Source: Paragordius varius (Eukaryota > Animalia > Nematomorpha). From it: a stretch of 64,000 bases of DNA. The notes under the pieces are model-generated. The model saw nothing but the letters and a program-made list of their open reading frames with translations. It did no database searches and had not been told where the DNA came from. Position numbers and translations under genes: made by a program. Within the stretch, counting starts at the first letter, position 1. Each line of letters opens with the position of its first letter. The stretch covers positions 3,658,001 to 3,722,000 of the forward strand of contig OZ176053.1 in NCBI GenBank assembly GCA_964247055.1, in the 5' to 3' direction. Shown piece after piece: positions 27,701-39,329 of the stretch.

Positions 27701-29872
27701 CTGGTAGAGATGGCAGACCTGGAAACGATGGGCCAAAAGTATGAAACATTTTAAATCTGATTAGTTCATTTCATTTATAATGTTTAGATATGATAAAAGC
27801 AATTTCCTCATGCTAAAATTAAACTATTTGTTTAGGGTCCGCCTGGGTCCCCAGGAATTGATGGTACACCTGGTAAACCAGGTATTGACGGGAAAGATGG
27901 TGTGGCTGGTATTCCTGGGACCCCTGGAAAAGATGGACAACCAAATTTTACGCCTGGACCACCGGTATGTTCATTAAAAATAAGCTTTATACCAAAATAT
28001 TCCAACTTACATATATCATGTTTTATTTTTTACAAAGTTTATATCTGATATTACAAATATATAAATTTGAAAAATCCCATATAGGGTATTCAAGGCCAGC
28101 CCGGATTCCCAGGTCTTCCGGGAGAAGATGGGCGGCCAGGAGAACTAGGAGAGGCTGGAGACGCGGGCGAAAAAGGATTTTCTGGGCCACCTGGCATCGA
28201 TGGAGCCCCCGGATCACCTGGTCAGGACGGTGAGCCTGGAAACCGAGGTCCAACTGGTGTCAAAGGTCACCCAGGGCGATCTGGAGAAGATGGTATATAA
28301 TTTTTTTTTCGATATCATTAACGTTTTTTTTATTACCAAATTTTTTTTTGAAAATATATATAAACTGACATTTATAACTAATATCGAATATCAGGGAGCT
28401 TTACACCTTATTTTATTACCACAAATATCGGCTATTTTATTTACCATAAACGTGTGCTATAGAAAATAAGTTTAAAACTGGTGGTTAATTTACATTTTAT
28501 TTTGTTTTAGGACCACCAGGGCAACAAGGTCCACAAGGACATCAAGGTCCGCAAGGGCCCGAAGGTGAACAAGGTGCCTCTGGACCTCCAGGGAATCCTG
28601 GTGAGCCTGGAAAGCCTGGTAATGCCGGTGTCTGTCAAGAGATAACTTGCCAAGGTATTTACAGCAAATTTTCTGAAATTAATTAACAATCATAGTCAAA
28701 GTTTTAATTAAATTCTACTAGTCTTTATTCGGATTAGGGTTGAAGCGGAACCATTTTTTTAAAAGAAAACCGCATTTTCAAACGCTTCCAAAATATGTTT
28801 GTTTCTAATTTTCATACAAATTAATCTTATATTTTGATAATAATTTTTAATTTATATGAATATTAATATTCAAAGAAAAAAACATAAAATAATTTGCATT
28901 TTTGCAGTGTATTTAAATAAGGTTATGTGTTAATATAATAATGGGAAAACTAGAACAATTTTACCAAACATTGGATCCCAAAAAAAGTTTGGTTTTTATA
29001 AAGAATTTAGTAGAACCGGAACCATACCAAAGACAAAATTACAATTTTGGTCTCATTCCTTGGTTTACAATGGACATCTTGTAAAAATATTTGAAAAATA
29101 GGATTGTATACTAGCCTTTGTATTTATCTCATTAGTTATGGTAACAAAATTTCGGCACATTTTTGTATATATTCGGTTAAATGTCTTTGACAAAATTTAA
29201 TATATGTACTCTGAAAAAGAATCCTCGGATTTTATTTTCGAGTGTTTCTGAATTTACATTTTTTCAATTTATATTTATATGGTCTAATAAATAACAGCTC
29301 AAGCCGTAACAAACGAATGTAGTGGTATCGTTTTCACTCGATGGGGACAAACAACTTGTCCATCAAATGCCATTATTGTGTACTCGGGTAAGGTTGTTGG
29401 TGGAAGTAACAAAGATACTGGAGGCGGTTTTAATTACTTATGTCTCCCCAATCGTATTCAGGGCAATAACTTTGGTATAACCGGTCGAACCGTTTCCAAA
29501 ATCTATGGTGCTCAATTCCATTTCTATCCTCAGGGCGGTCCGTTTGCCAGTACGGCTGCAGATTTACATTTGGCGGCTTGTTCGGTGTGTTTAAGGCGTG
29601 GCCATTGTGTTTTCGTTATGTTAGCAGCTTTGACCCAATGTCCCCCGGGTTGGTTGGAGGAATACAAGGGCTACCTCATGTCCATAGACAATGAAAAGGC
29701 CCGAGCCGAATATATTTGTGTGGATGAAACTCCTGAAGGATTTGACATTGGAGGTGAACAACACTACCATGGCGCATCAGGATTGTGGCCAGTTGAATCC
29801 AAGTGTGGAATTCTCCCTTGCAATACTTACTATGATGGTCGTGAACTTCCTTGCATAGTTTGCAGTCGTTAA
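24759..29872 (+). CDS. Type II membrane / cuticle-type collagen with about 150 Gly-X-Y triplets and a C-terminal short-chain collagen C4 (spongin/NC1-related) domain; 13 exons
   Basis: Exons: 24759-25064, 25165-25348, 25466-25614, 25811-25936, 26104-26229, 26360-26488, 26646-26771, 27170-27295, 27613-27738, 27836-27964, 28085-28292, 28511-28654, 29298-29872. Features in order: TM helix [21 protein letters not shown], furin site RSKR, DCCIQG-Gly-[10 protein letters not shown], then [10 protein letters not shown]...YSGKVVGG...[10 protein letters not shown]...[19 protein letters not shown]. Confidence 0.93.
28736..29030. mobile_element. Transposon remnant with GAACC/AAACCG subterminal motifs, in the last collagen intron
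   Basis: Starts TAGGGTTGAAGCGGAACC. Related GGTTCC-rich stretches occur at about 53665-53730 (opposite orientation) and 57330-57480. Confidence 0.35.
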
Positions 29873-30424
29873 TCCGTCAATCTTTAACATTACTATTTTT
29901 TAAATAAACTATAAAGCCAAACTTAGTTTTAATTTTTGCATTTCATCATTGTTTTGAGATTGCATAATTGCAACAATATTTTATATTTTTAAAATAGAAA
30001 ATAAATGATTTAATTTTTATCGTATATAAGATGACTAACTATTTATTTTGTGGTGCTTATCGAATGCATTAGCAATGCGATTTATATTTTTTTATTGGAC
30101 ATCAAACAAATTTAGGCTTTAAGACGACTCTAACATTCCAAATTTAACGTTAGCACATAAAAAATTAATTAAACAATAAAGCAACGCTAGTTTTAGTATT
30201 ATTAATAAATAAGGTGCTGGATTTAGGTCAAAAATATAGCGTATCTAATGTTCCTATTAGTGGAGTGAATCGCAAGGGCTTTCGGAATATAAAAAAATTG
30301 GATTTCATTTCCATATAAGAAAATAAACTCCAAAAACTGATTTTAAGCGCCTAGTTATATTTAAAGATTTTTTATTTTAAAATTTTTATTCATAAAAATT
30401 GCTAATTATGCAAATAGTTTATAG

Positions 30425-30580
30425 CAGTGGTAGTACTCACCAAAAAAAGGCCGCAAAGAATATTTATCTTGTGTCAAGGGCCGAGCACCATGATCGATCA
30501 ATATTTCATAGCTGTTTTACACATGCCTATATTTAACCTCATAAATAGAAATACAAAAATAATTTAGGGCTATAAATTAA
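30425..30580 (+). mobile_element. Partial copy of the hAT MITE at 53441
   Basis: Shares GTACTCAC..AAAGGCCGCA..AATATTTA.CTTGT.TCA.GGG..GCACCAT.ATC...AATATTTCATAGCTGTT with 53441-53600. Confidence 0.6.
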
Positions 30581-30786
30581 GATAGTGTTTAGATAACATT
30601 AGAAGAATGATTCATAGCCTCAAATAACATCATTTAGAGTTCATATCATTAATAATCCCGCCCTAACTAAGCTATTTCTATGATAAAAGTTAAATCAGGC
30701 AGGCTACAAAATTATACTAATATATTTTGTTGATATAAATCTAACACATGAACGTTGCAATACATTTAACAATCCTTATGGTTTAA

Positions 30787-31876
30787 AGGCCCCAAATTAA
30801 GGCTAATAAAAAAACGCCTGACCTTAATTTTCTTGTTAGGGGTATTCAAGCTTTTAATGAGCTCGTATGGCTTCATAATTTTTCTGTAAATTAGCTCCAA
30901 AACACAATTTCTATATAGTGGCACAGTTTTTGGCGGGTAGCTTCTTGCTCAGCGGCACGTATAAAAAAGCATTGGGCAAAATTTTTGCCTTTATATGGGG
31001 TATGGTGGCGCGTTTTTCAGGGCGTAAAACTTTACTTAGCGGCTCATTAAAATAACCCCTTATACTAAAATATTTGTTTTTTAAGGGGTAATAAATATTT
31101 TAGGTCCTTAGTGAACTCACATAGTCGCATAGGTTTTCTGTAATTTGTCTCCAAGTCATGTTGTATCGATATGCTGACGCAGTTTTACGCGGGTAGCCCC
31201 CTAATCAGAGGCCAATAAAATGACGTTCGATTAAAATTGTCTTTATAGGGGAATACCTAGAATCATCATTCATTCCATATGTTCTTAATAGTTTTTGGAA
31301 GAATGGCTACAAAACAAAATAATAGTTTAATGATAGCGCATTTTTTAGGGCGTAAAGGGCCTAATTAAAGGTTAAAAAACCCCTCGACTTAAATTTTTAC
31401 CTTTTTACGAGTAATATTTCGGGCCCTTATTGAACTTATATGGCCGTTTTCTGAAAATTAACTCCAGAGGCACGAAATTTCGATATGACGCGGCAGTTTT
31501 TAGCGGGATCTGTTTACCCAGCAGCCAATATAAAAAACGCACGACTTTTTTCCTTTTAAGAGGAAATACCTGGAATCCTCATTAAATTTTTACGGTCTCA
31601 TACCTTGGGCGAAAAATAGATTTAAAAAATTTTTGTGGTCTTAGTTTTTTTAAAAAAATGGCATTTACGGGGGGAGCGGGTAAAAAGAGGGCCTAAAAAA
31701 GCGCGACTACGTTCGGCGCAATCAAAAAAAAGTAAAAAAAAAATCATATTTGAAATCAAATGATCCAACACGTTTCCCGGAAAATTGTCTCAAAGACACA
31801 ATTTTTGTGGACTAATGTTTTCAGGGGCCTGAACTGGGGGCCTAATTCAAAAAAGGGCGAAGCTATTGTCGGGCAT
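30787..31876 (+). mobile_element. Non-autonomous TTAA-flanked DNA element with about 3 degenerate internal repeats of 250-330 bp (copy 1)
   Basis: ttaa|AGGCC at the left end and GGGCAT at the right end; GC-richer than its flanks. Internal units recur near 30790, 31030 and 31355. Homologous in reverse to 35195-36068. Confidence 0.6.
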
Positions 31877-33606
31877 TCATTGATAATATTTTTCTAAACA
31901 TTTGGATTTGAATGATACCGGTTTTCCTGAAACAGATCACAAAGCCAGAATTTTCCTTTTTTATAAATATATAGAATAATATCGTTAAGCATGAAAATTG
32001 GTACCGTTCGAAACTTAGATTTATTCGAGGTTTTTATACCCCCTGGGCAACACAAAAAATATGTCATGTAAAATTGCAAAAAAACCTCATCTAAATTTTT
32101 AGCCGTCAAATATTTTTTTATATCATTCGCTAAAATACTGCGGTATATTAAAGTTAAGTAACTTTATAATGCTTTTGATTATATTTTGGCATTATTTCAA
32201 ACATTATTTACAAGCTAATTGATTTAGGATCTAAGAGCCATTTTTAATATTTAGCCTTTCACTTAAAAAACTGCAAAGAACAGCATTTAAATTTGATTTC
32301 AATATAAAATTATAATTGTGATTATTATGTAGCAACAATATCTTTCAAAATTAAACTCTTTAAACTCAAAACTCTGTGACAAAAAAACACTCCATTAGGT
32401 ATTCATCAATGAACTTAGAAGATGAGAGCATTGAACGAGACGTTTCCCATCAAATTGTTTAAAATTTATATTTTACAGAAGGGGAAAACAGAAGAAGCTG
32501 CTGTTTTATATGCAAGTTAGTCGATACTCGATCATTCCAGTTTTAGAACAATAGGATTTTATTGGAAAAAACTGTCTTAAGCTACTTCATCTTATATTAG
32601 AAATAAAGGGCCTAACACATGGTGAAAATTGGTGAAAATTTAGATAAAACAGCTATATAGCTAAGAGGCAAAAAATTATATCAAGAACTATGCAAAATTC
32701 CGATGGCAATGCAACATAGACAAATTATTGTAAATTAAAATAATTATAGAATCAGCTTGCCTCGTAAAATTACATATTCTATGACATGAAATGCCCTAAT
32801 AAGGAGGTGTAAGATTTAGGTATTTTGTATTTAAGTAATAAGTTATTTAAAGATTTTTATATGTTTTATTATATTCATATGTGATATAATGTAAAATTAC
32901 AAATCTAATATTTTTTTGATGTTAAATTGGTTAACTATCTTTTTCAAGTCTCACATAGTATTAAATTATTGGGTGTACATTTTCATAGGCAAAAACCAAT
33001 AAATAATAAGTATGGGAAAGGTAAAAAGTAGTACAACATTTTATATTTACTTAGTACCTACGTAAAAGTTGTATTAATAGTATGGAATAGATAGTATGGT
33101 GTGTGTGATTTATTGTGGTGCTATATATTATTATGACATAGATACTTTGTGAATTTGGACGAACGTCATAGAACCCCCTTTTAATACCTATATTTTATGA
33201 TGTGTGGTTTGATGGGGGAAGGTGGAATCAATCTTAATTATTTTTTAAAATAAAAATTCCAAACATACTGCCTACACCATATTGATGGACCCATCATAGT
33301 CATATCTTAGCAATTAAAAACTTATGTGGCTAAAACTTATTTATTCCAAATTTAATGTGGATTTCCAAAGAAAATGAACGCAAATCAAAGCAAATTCGAT
33401 ATGCATTATGACGAAAGAAATATGATAATTAGTTTTTACCAAATGGACAAAGAGATGTATCTTATACAATTAATAAAATTTTAATTAATAAATGATAGAG
33501 TACCACCTATTATTCTCGTGGAGAACTTCATATAAATAATGCATGTTCCCAGGGTATATAAAGGAATGAATCCTCTTTATAAAAAAAAGTATAAAAAATT
33601 TGAACG

Positions 33607-35031
33607 ATGAATTTCTTTGAAATTTATATTCTGCCAATTTTCATATTCTTAGGAATTTTGGGCAACTTATGTTATTTCATATGTACGTTAAAAATTCGGA
33701 AAAGACCTCACTTTTACATTTACATATATTGTATCATGATTGCGGATATGTTATCCATATTTCATCTAATATGTTGGCCCCTAACCTTTTTTCGCGTAGG
33801 GAACCGAGTTATGCATTACAAATTTTATCTCATTTACATTGGCAAAATACAACCGTGGTTTATGGAACTGAGTGCAGCTTCTGTCAATTGGACCACTGCA
33901 GTGCTGAGCGTGGATCGTTGGTTTGCCATAAGCAAACCCCATCTGTATCAACAATGGTACAGAAAAGATAAGATTGTTAAAATATGTATCGGGATTGTGG
34001 TTGTCAACATGTTGATTGCCATTCCATATTCACAAATAAGAGAGCTTGATTCCTCCTCCATCACTAACGATTTCGGGGCAAAAGAAATGAAGGCGCGGAG
34101 ATTCCTAGATTTTATCACCCAAAAAGATTTGATACATAATAGTGTGAGTAAATCTACGCCTTTAGTTTACCCGGTATGGCCAACTGTTACACACCCAAGC
34201 GTTGGGACTAAAACAAAATTAGAAACATTAGTTAGCCACTCAAAGGAATTGGAGATAATTTTAGCCATTGAAGAATTAGATAAATTTAGCAAGTACTATG
34301 ATACCATCATAGTTACTATTAATTACTTGATTCCCATCTTAATGTGTATCGTCTGTAATATACTTATTGTTTACCCACCTATAAATGACAAATTATTTAA
34401 TATGTTTGAAACGATTCAATCAAAACAGCCCAATAAGATTATGGACACTCAAACAACTCCGGCGATTGCTGTAACAAAATCATCCAGGTTATGTCCCTTG
34501 ATGAAATTTAATTTGGGTGCAAAACAATTTATGCAAAAGCTTAACCAAAAAATTAGTTGTACCAATGATTGTGAAATATTTTTTTGTGAAATGTGTCAAA
34601 TGCCAACTACGAACCCACCAACAGCCCATATAAATCAATGTAATAATGATTCAAATTTGACCATAAATGCAATGAGTCAAAATAACAAATGTTTTAATGA
34701 AAAAAATGCGTTAACTAGCGTTGGATCCGCGCGATACAGGAGTCGAATGATTAAGCGCCGAATAAAAAGTTTAATAACTGCTCAAAGCATTCACATTTTT
34801 CTAACCAATATGCCTTTCATTATATTCGTTTACTTTACTGGATATTTTTACTGCTCTGACGCCCGTTCTAAATACTGGTTAGCTCAGCTCGTGGTCCATC
34901 ATTTGAAACACATGAATCCCTTGCTTGGTGTTTATGTTAACTTTTTATTTGATAAAAATGTGAGATTTATATTAAATCATATTAGGTTTCATCGTATAAT
35001 ACCACAACATCATACTTGTGAAACGGCATAA
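33607..35031 (+). CDS. Class A (rhodopsin-like) GPCR, peptide-receptor-like, single exon
   Basis: 474-aa ORF with 7 hydrophobic segments: LGILGN (TM1), IADML (TM2), LSVDRWFAISKP (TM3), LIPILM (TM5), TNMPF (TM6), MNPLLGVY (TM7). ECL2 and ICL3 are long. Confidence 0.88.
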   Translation: MNFFEIYILPIFIFLGILGNLCYFICTLKIRKRPHFYIYIYCIMIADMLSIFHLICWPLTFFRVGNRVMHYKFYLIYIGKIQPWFMELSAASVNWTTAVLSVDRWFAISKPHLYQQWYRKDKIVKICIGIVVVNMLIAIPYSQIRELDSSSITNDFGAKEMKARRFLDFITQKDLIHNSVSKSTPLVYPVWPTVTHPSVGTKTKLETLVSHSKELEIILAIEELDKFSKYYDTIIVTINYLIPILMCIVCNILIVYPPINDKLFNMFETIQSKQPNKIMDTQTTPAIAVTKSSRLCPLMKFNLGAKQFMQKLNQKISCTNDCEIFFCEMCQMPTTNPPTAHINQCNNDSNLTINAMSQNNKCFNEKNALTSVGSARYRSRMIKRRIKSLITAQSIHIFLTNMPFIIFVYFTGYFYCSDARSKYWLAQLVVHHLKHMNPLLGVYVNFLFDKNVRFILNHIRFHRIIPQHHTCETA

Positions 35032-35194
35032 TGTGTTAAATCAAAAAAGTGATGTTCATAAACTATCCGGCATTTTCGTTTGCTAATAAATATATAATTA
35101 TTCTATAAAATAATATGAGACAAATGGATAATGTTGGGCTTTAAGACATAAGGTCCATTTGAATTCAAAAGTCAGAAATTTTATCAGTTTATAA

Positions 35195-36068
35195 ATGCCC
35201 CAATTATAGTGGACGCTATGACGACCTAGGTTAGGCCCCGCCCCGTGAACTAATGGTTTTTCCAAAAAAGAGCGATCCCCAAAGCTTTTTCTATAATTAC
35301 ACGGAAAATATATAGGAACCCATTCGATTACAATAAATAAAGTTTTTATATTTGCAAAGAATGCGCCGAACCTAGTCGGTTCACTTTTTTAATATAACCC
35401 TATATTTGGCCGCTTTACCCGTAAAATGTTAAAAAAGATATGTTTTGACAACAAATTTTCGCACAAATTATGCTACTATATAAAATCAGTGTTGAAGGTA
35501 TTCTCAGCATAAAGAAAATTTCGGCCTAGTCCTTTTTTAATGAGCCGTTGGGTATGGATCCACCTTCTGTCACGCCACCATACAAGAATAAGACAGCTTT
35601 CCAAATTTTCTGAAAACCCATGATACCATATGGGTTCAACAATGCTCTTTCCAGCATAAAGGCAAAATTTTGTTTGCTGTAACCGCTGGGTAGAGCTCTT
35701 CCCTCTAATGTGCCATAATGCAAAAATAACGTGGCTTTTAAACAATTTTTTGCCAAGTTATGAGACTATAACCAATCAAAAGTGGTCTTAGGTTTTATTA
35801 CTATAAAGGCATATATTTTGCTTAGCGTTTTTTAGAAGCTGAGTAGAGTTTGAGCCTCCGTAAAATGCGACATTAGAAAAAAGTAACCTGGCTTTAAAGC
35901 TAAATTTCAAAGTGGAATTTTCCGCATTAAGGCAAAAATTGTCCAAAAGACGATAAGGATTCAATACCTCTAAGTATTTTGTTTCAAGGCAAAATGATAT
36001 CTTTTTTAAGTTAATCTGGGTACATCCTAACCCTTTTTTATAAGACACCTTAAAAAATACCATGGCCT
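35195..36068 (-). mobile_element. Inverted second copy of the TTAA element, with degenerate internal repeats of about 145 bp
   Basis: TGCGCCGAACCTAGTCGG (about 35370) is the reverse complement of CGACTACGTTCGGCGCA (about 31705). CATAAAGGCAAAATTTTG-like units recur near 35505, 35650, 35800 and 35925. Ends GGCCT|ttaa. Confidence 0.6.
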
Positions 36069-37271
36069 TTAAACTTTTCTAAAAACCTAATATAAATAAT
36101 TGTTTTAGATATTTCCCGTAAAATAAAAAAAAATTGGCCAACATATTTTTATAAATTAGGGTGGATCTCACCCTATGTAAATTATCTCTCCATATAAGAA
36201 ACATTTCTTTGTAGTTTCATACCATATAAATTCGATATCTTATAGGGTTTTCCTTATAAATTAATCTCGTTAAAGCCACTCTTTTTGATTACCAGGATTT
36301 TTGCTTGTTTATGTTTACACTAACTTTATTAAGGTACCAATTATTTTATATTAATAAACCTTACAACAACACACTTCTCTTATTTTTCTCATAACCCACC
36401 ATTAATATTTAGGATGGTTTTCTAACCCAGGTTGTAATTATTTTAATTTTAACCATTAAAAAATGTTGTAAAAATATAAAATTGCAAATATATTAAGCAG
36501 CAAACATTTAGCTGAAAATATTTTCTCACTAAAAAACTGGTGTATGAAAAAATATTGGGACGAAAAATAAATTTAATTAACTTTAAAATTCGTTAAAATT
36601 TGATTCAAGTTTGTGTTCCAATTGGATTATGATTCATCCAAGTTTTGAACTGGTTACAAAACTGTAAACCTTTTAAACCTATTGAGGATATATTTAATTT
36701 ATGAATGTGCTGAACGTGGTTGAACCATTTTTTTGTCTTAACCCCTCAGCTTGGCCCCCACCCCTTGTGAAAAAAAGGTTTTTAAAATTCCTATGTTTCT
36801 GGAAAACGGGAAGCAAATTGATAAAAATATATATTTATTTCATTTTGAATGCGCTTGACTCAGACATTATCTGCAATGTAAACTTATAATCTTTATTGCC
36901 CCAATATTTTAATATAATTAATTTTGCTTAGTTACGCGACGCGTGACAGGGGATGGTTAGTATAAATGCTACTATAGATACTAAAATATATACTAAAAAA
37001 GAATTCTTGGCATCCACTAACTGCGTCCAGAATCGGGAAGTATAAAAAATAGCATGAAAATATATATTCATCAGGATTATCTTGGTACTTTTGGTCTTCT
37101 TTACGAATGATAATAAGTTGTGATAGCTCCATTTAATAAAATGGCAAAATTAGCACACATTTTGTTAAACAAAATTATTTGTGAAAGCAAATATTAATTT
37201 TAAAAAATCACTAAATATATAACACAATACATATAAAAATCAAAAATATTTAATTTTTAATTTTTAGATGT

Positions 37272-37905
37272 GGGCTCCAAAAGTCCCAAATTGTTTCGCT
37301 TTTCTAAAATGGGCTTTAAAGGTTATAAACACAAAAATGCCGAGATTGCGCAGGAAATTTTGAAATATGTGCAAAATTTGATATTAACCAAAAATATTTT
37401 TTAACAAAAATGTATAAATTACAATTTATTTAGCAAAATTTTGTTGGATCATACTTCATACTTTTTTGAGACATGATCGAAACGTTATATTAACGCATTA
37501 AGTAATATTAAAATTTTTATATCAATCAACGATGCCAAACATTTCTATCGCCTTTTTAAAGGTTTTGCTTTTAAATTTTGGTGAATTTTTGTAAAAAATG
37601 TTTTAATTACATAAATTTGAAGACGAACGAATATTTTAAAATTCTGAGGTTATAGAAATGTGTTCTGCATGATTGAATAATGTAAAGTGATTTTATGATA
37701 TATTAAAGCGTTTATAATACCGCTTCCCTATGTCTCAAAATACTATGTACAATTATTTGCTAAAAATAAATATTTAAAGAAGGATGCATTTTTAAAAAAT
37801 ATCATTATTTGATAACATATCGCGCAATCTCGGCATTTTTGCGTTTATATAAAAAGAGCTAGCTCATTTTAGAAGTGTGAAATAATTTGGGACTATCGGA
37901 GCCCC
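37272..37905. mobile_element. MITE with terminal inverted repeats of about 150 bp
   Basis: GGGCTCCAAAAGTCCCAAATT pairs with AATTTGGGACTATCGGAGCCC, and AAAAATGCCGAGATTGCGC pairs with GCGCAATCTCGGCATTTTT. Confidence 0.8.
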
Positions 37906-39329
37906 TAAAAATTATTTTTTTAAAAATATTGTTATGTAGTTTATCATATGTTTTAGTATTATTTTTGGAGCAAACCATTTTTTCACCAAAAAAAATTTCT
38001 TCTAAATGTGTGCAAATTTTGCCATTTTCTGATATGGAGCAGTGTCCATAAAATTGTATATACCTTTTTTACATCACTCCTAAGGGCCAAAATTAAAAGC
38101 ACCATTATGATCCTGATATATTTTCCTATCAGAATATATATATTTCATCAGGTTATTTTTTTGGACACTGTGTATATACCAACACATGCATAATTTCAAA
38201 ATTATTTTTATAATCCTTTAAGTTAAAGTTTCGATTTTCGCATAACTATATATCATTAATATATTAACTCTTGTAAGCTATGCTATTCCATTATCTCTGG
38301 TAACATTTGTGACGGGATACTTCCCATTTATCGAAGCTAAGAACGGCATACCATATTTTGACTGGTCAATATTAAAATGTATATCTAATTTTTGCAGGCC
38401 AGGCCACATATGACTGATTTTTTGCATTTAAGGCATAACTTAAAGATGTTAAGAAAAATTTATATGCAATATTTTTTGTTTTAAGCTATTTCAAGAAAGT
38501 TATTTACAGAAACAATTCTTCTTATGAGTGATTTTTTGTAATAAACTTTTTTTCTAACTCTCCTTTGTTTGATAAAATTCTCTCAATCTTTAATTTATGC
38601 ATATTTTCCGGCCATATAGGTGCTTAAATTCAATTAGAATTTACTATTCCATGGTGAGATATATTATTTTTCTCATTATTAATAAACGATAACTTGAATG
38701 CCTTGGTTTTCAATAGGTTTAAAGGGTTAATTTTTTGATGCTATTTAAGCTTCTATAATCCCTAATTTGATAATAGGGTTATAATTTAATTTGGGGCAGC
38801 ATTCATGAGCTTAACTCAATAACTTTACTAGGTACATATCGTATCATCATTAAATATTTATCCAAAAAATGTAAATTTTGAACTATTTAGGAAAGCGGGC
38901 CCCAATCCTGTAAGGTAAATGTGAAAAACATGGCATTATTATAGGGAAAAAAGCAAACTCGTATTCGGAAATCTGATGCCTACTTAAATCATTTATAGCA
39001 CATAGCAAAATATATTTTTTTATTTAAAATATTAAATTACTTTTTTGAAAGATAAAATACGCTGTTTTTTATTATGGAGTTCAGTTAAGGGTAATTTAAA
39101 TGGCGAAGCGTAGAAAAGTCAAAAAACAGTTTATTCGATTTTTTTAATAAAAGTATAATATATCCGTATTTTATGGCCATTATATATCATTCAAATGGAA
39201 ACTTATCATATGTATTGTTTCATCTTAGGTGTTTAAATAAGCTTTTTTTAGCATTGTATTGGAAAAAGCAGCATTTGCTTTAGCCATTGTATTTATCGCC
39301 AATTTTTTCTATACGCTATATACTAGGTG

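Noticed and set aside
25458-28689. Arg/Trp-rich and antisense ORFs over the collagen exons
   Set aside because: Alternative-frame readings of Gly-X-Y codons.
32400-32800. Coding-like fragments (MNLEDESIERDV, KGKTEEAAVLY, LRGKKLYQELCK)
   Set aside because: Broken by stops with no recognisable family; possibly a decayed transposase or gene, but not supportable.
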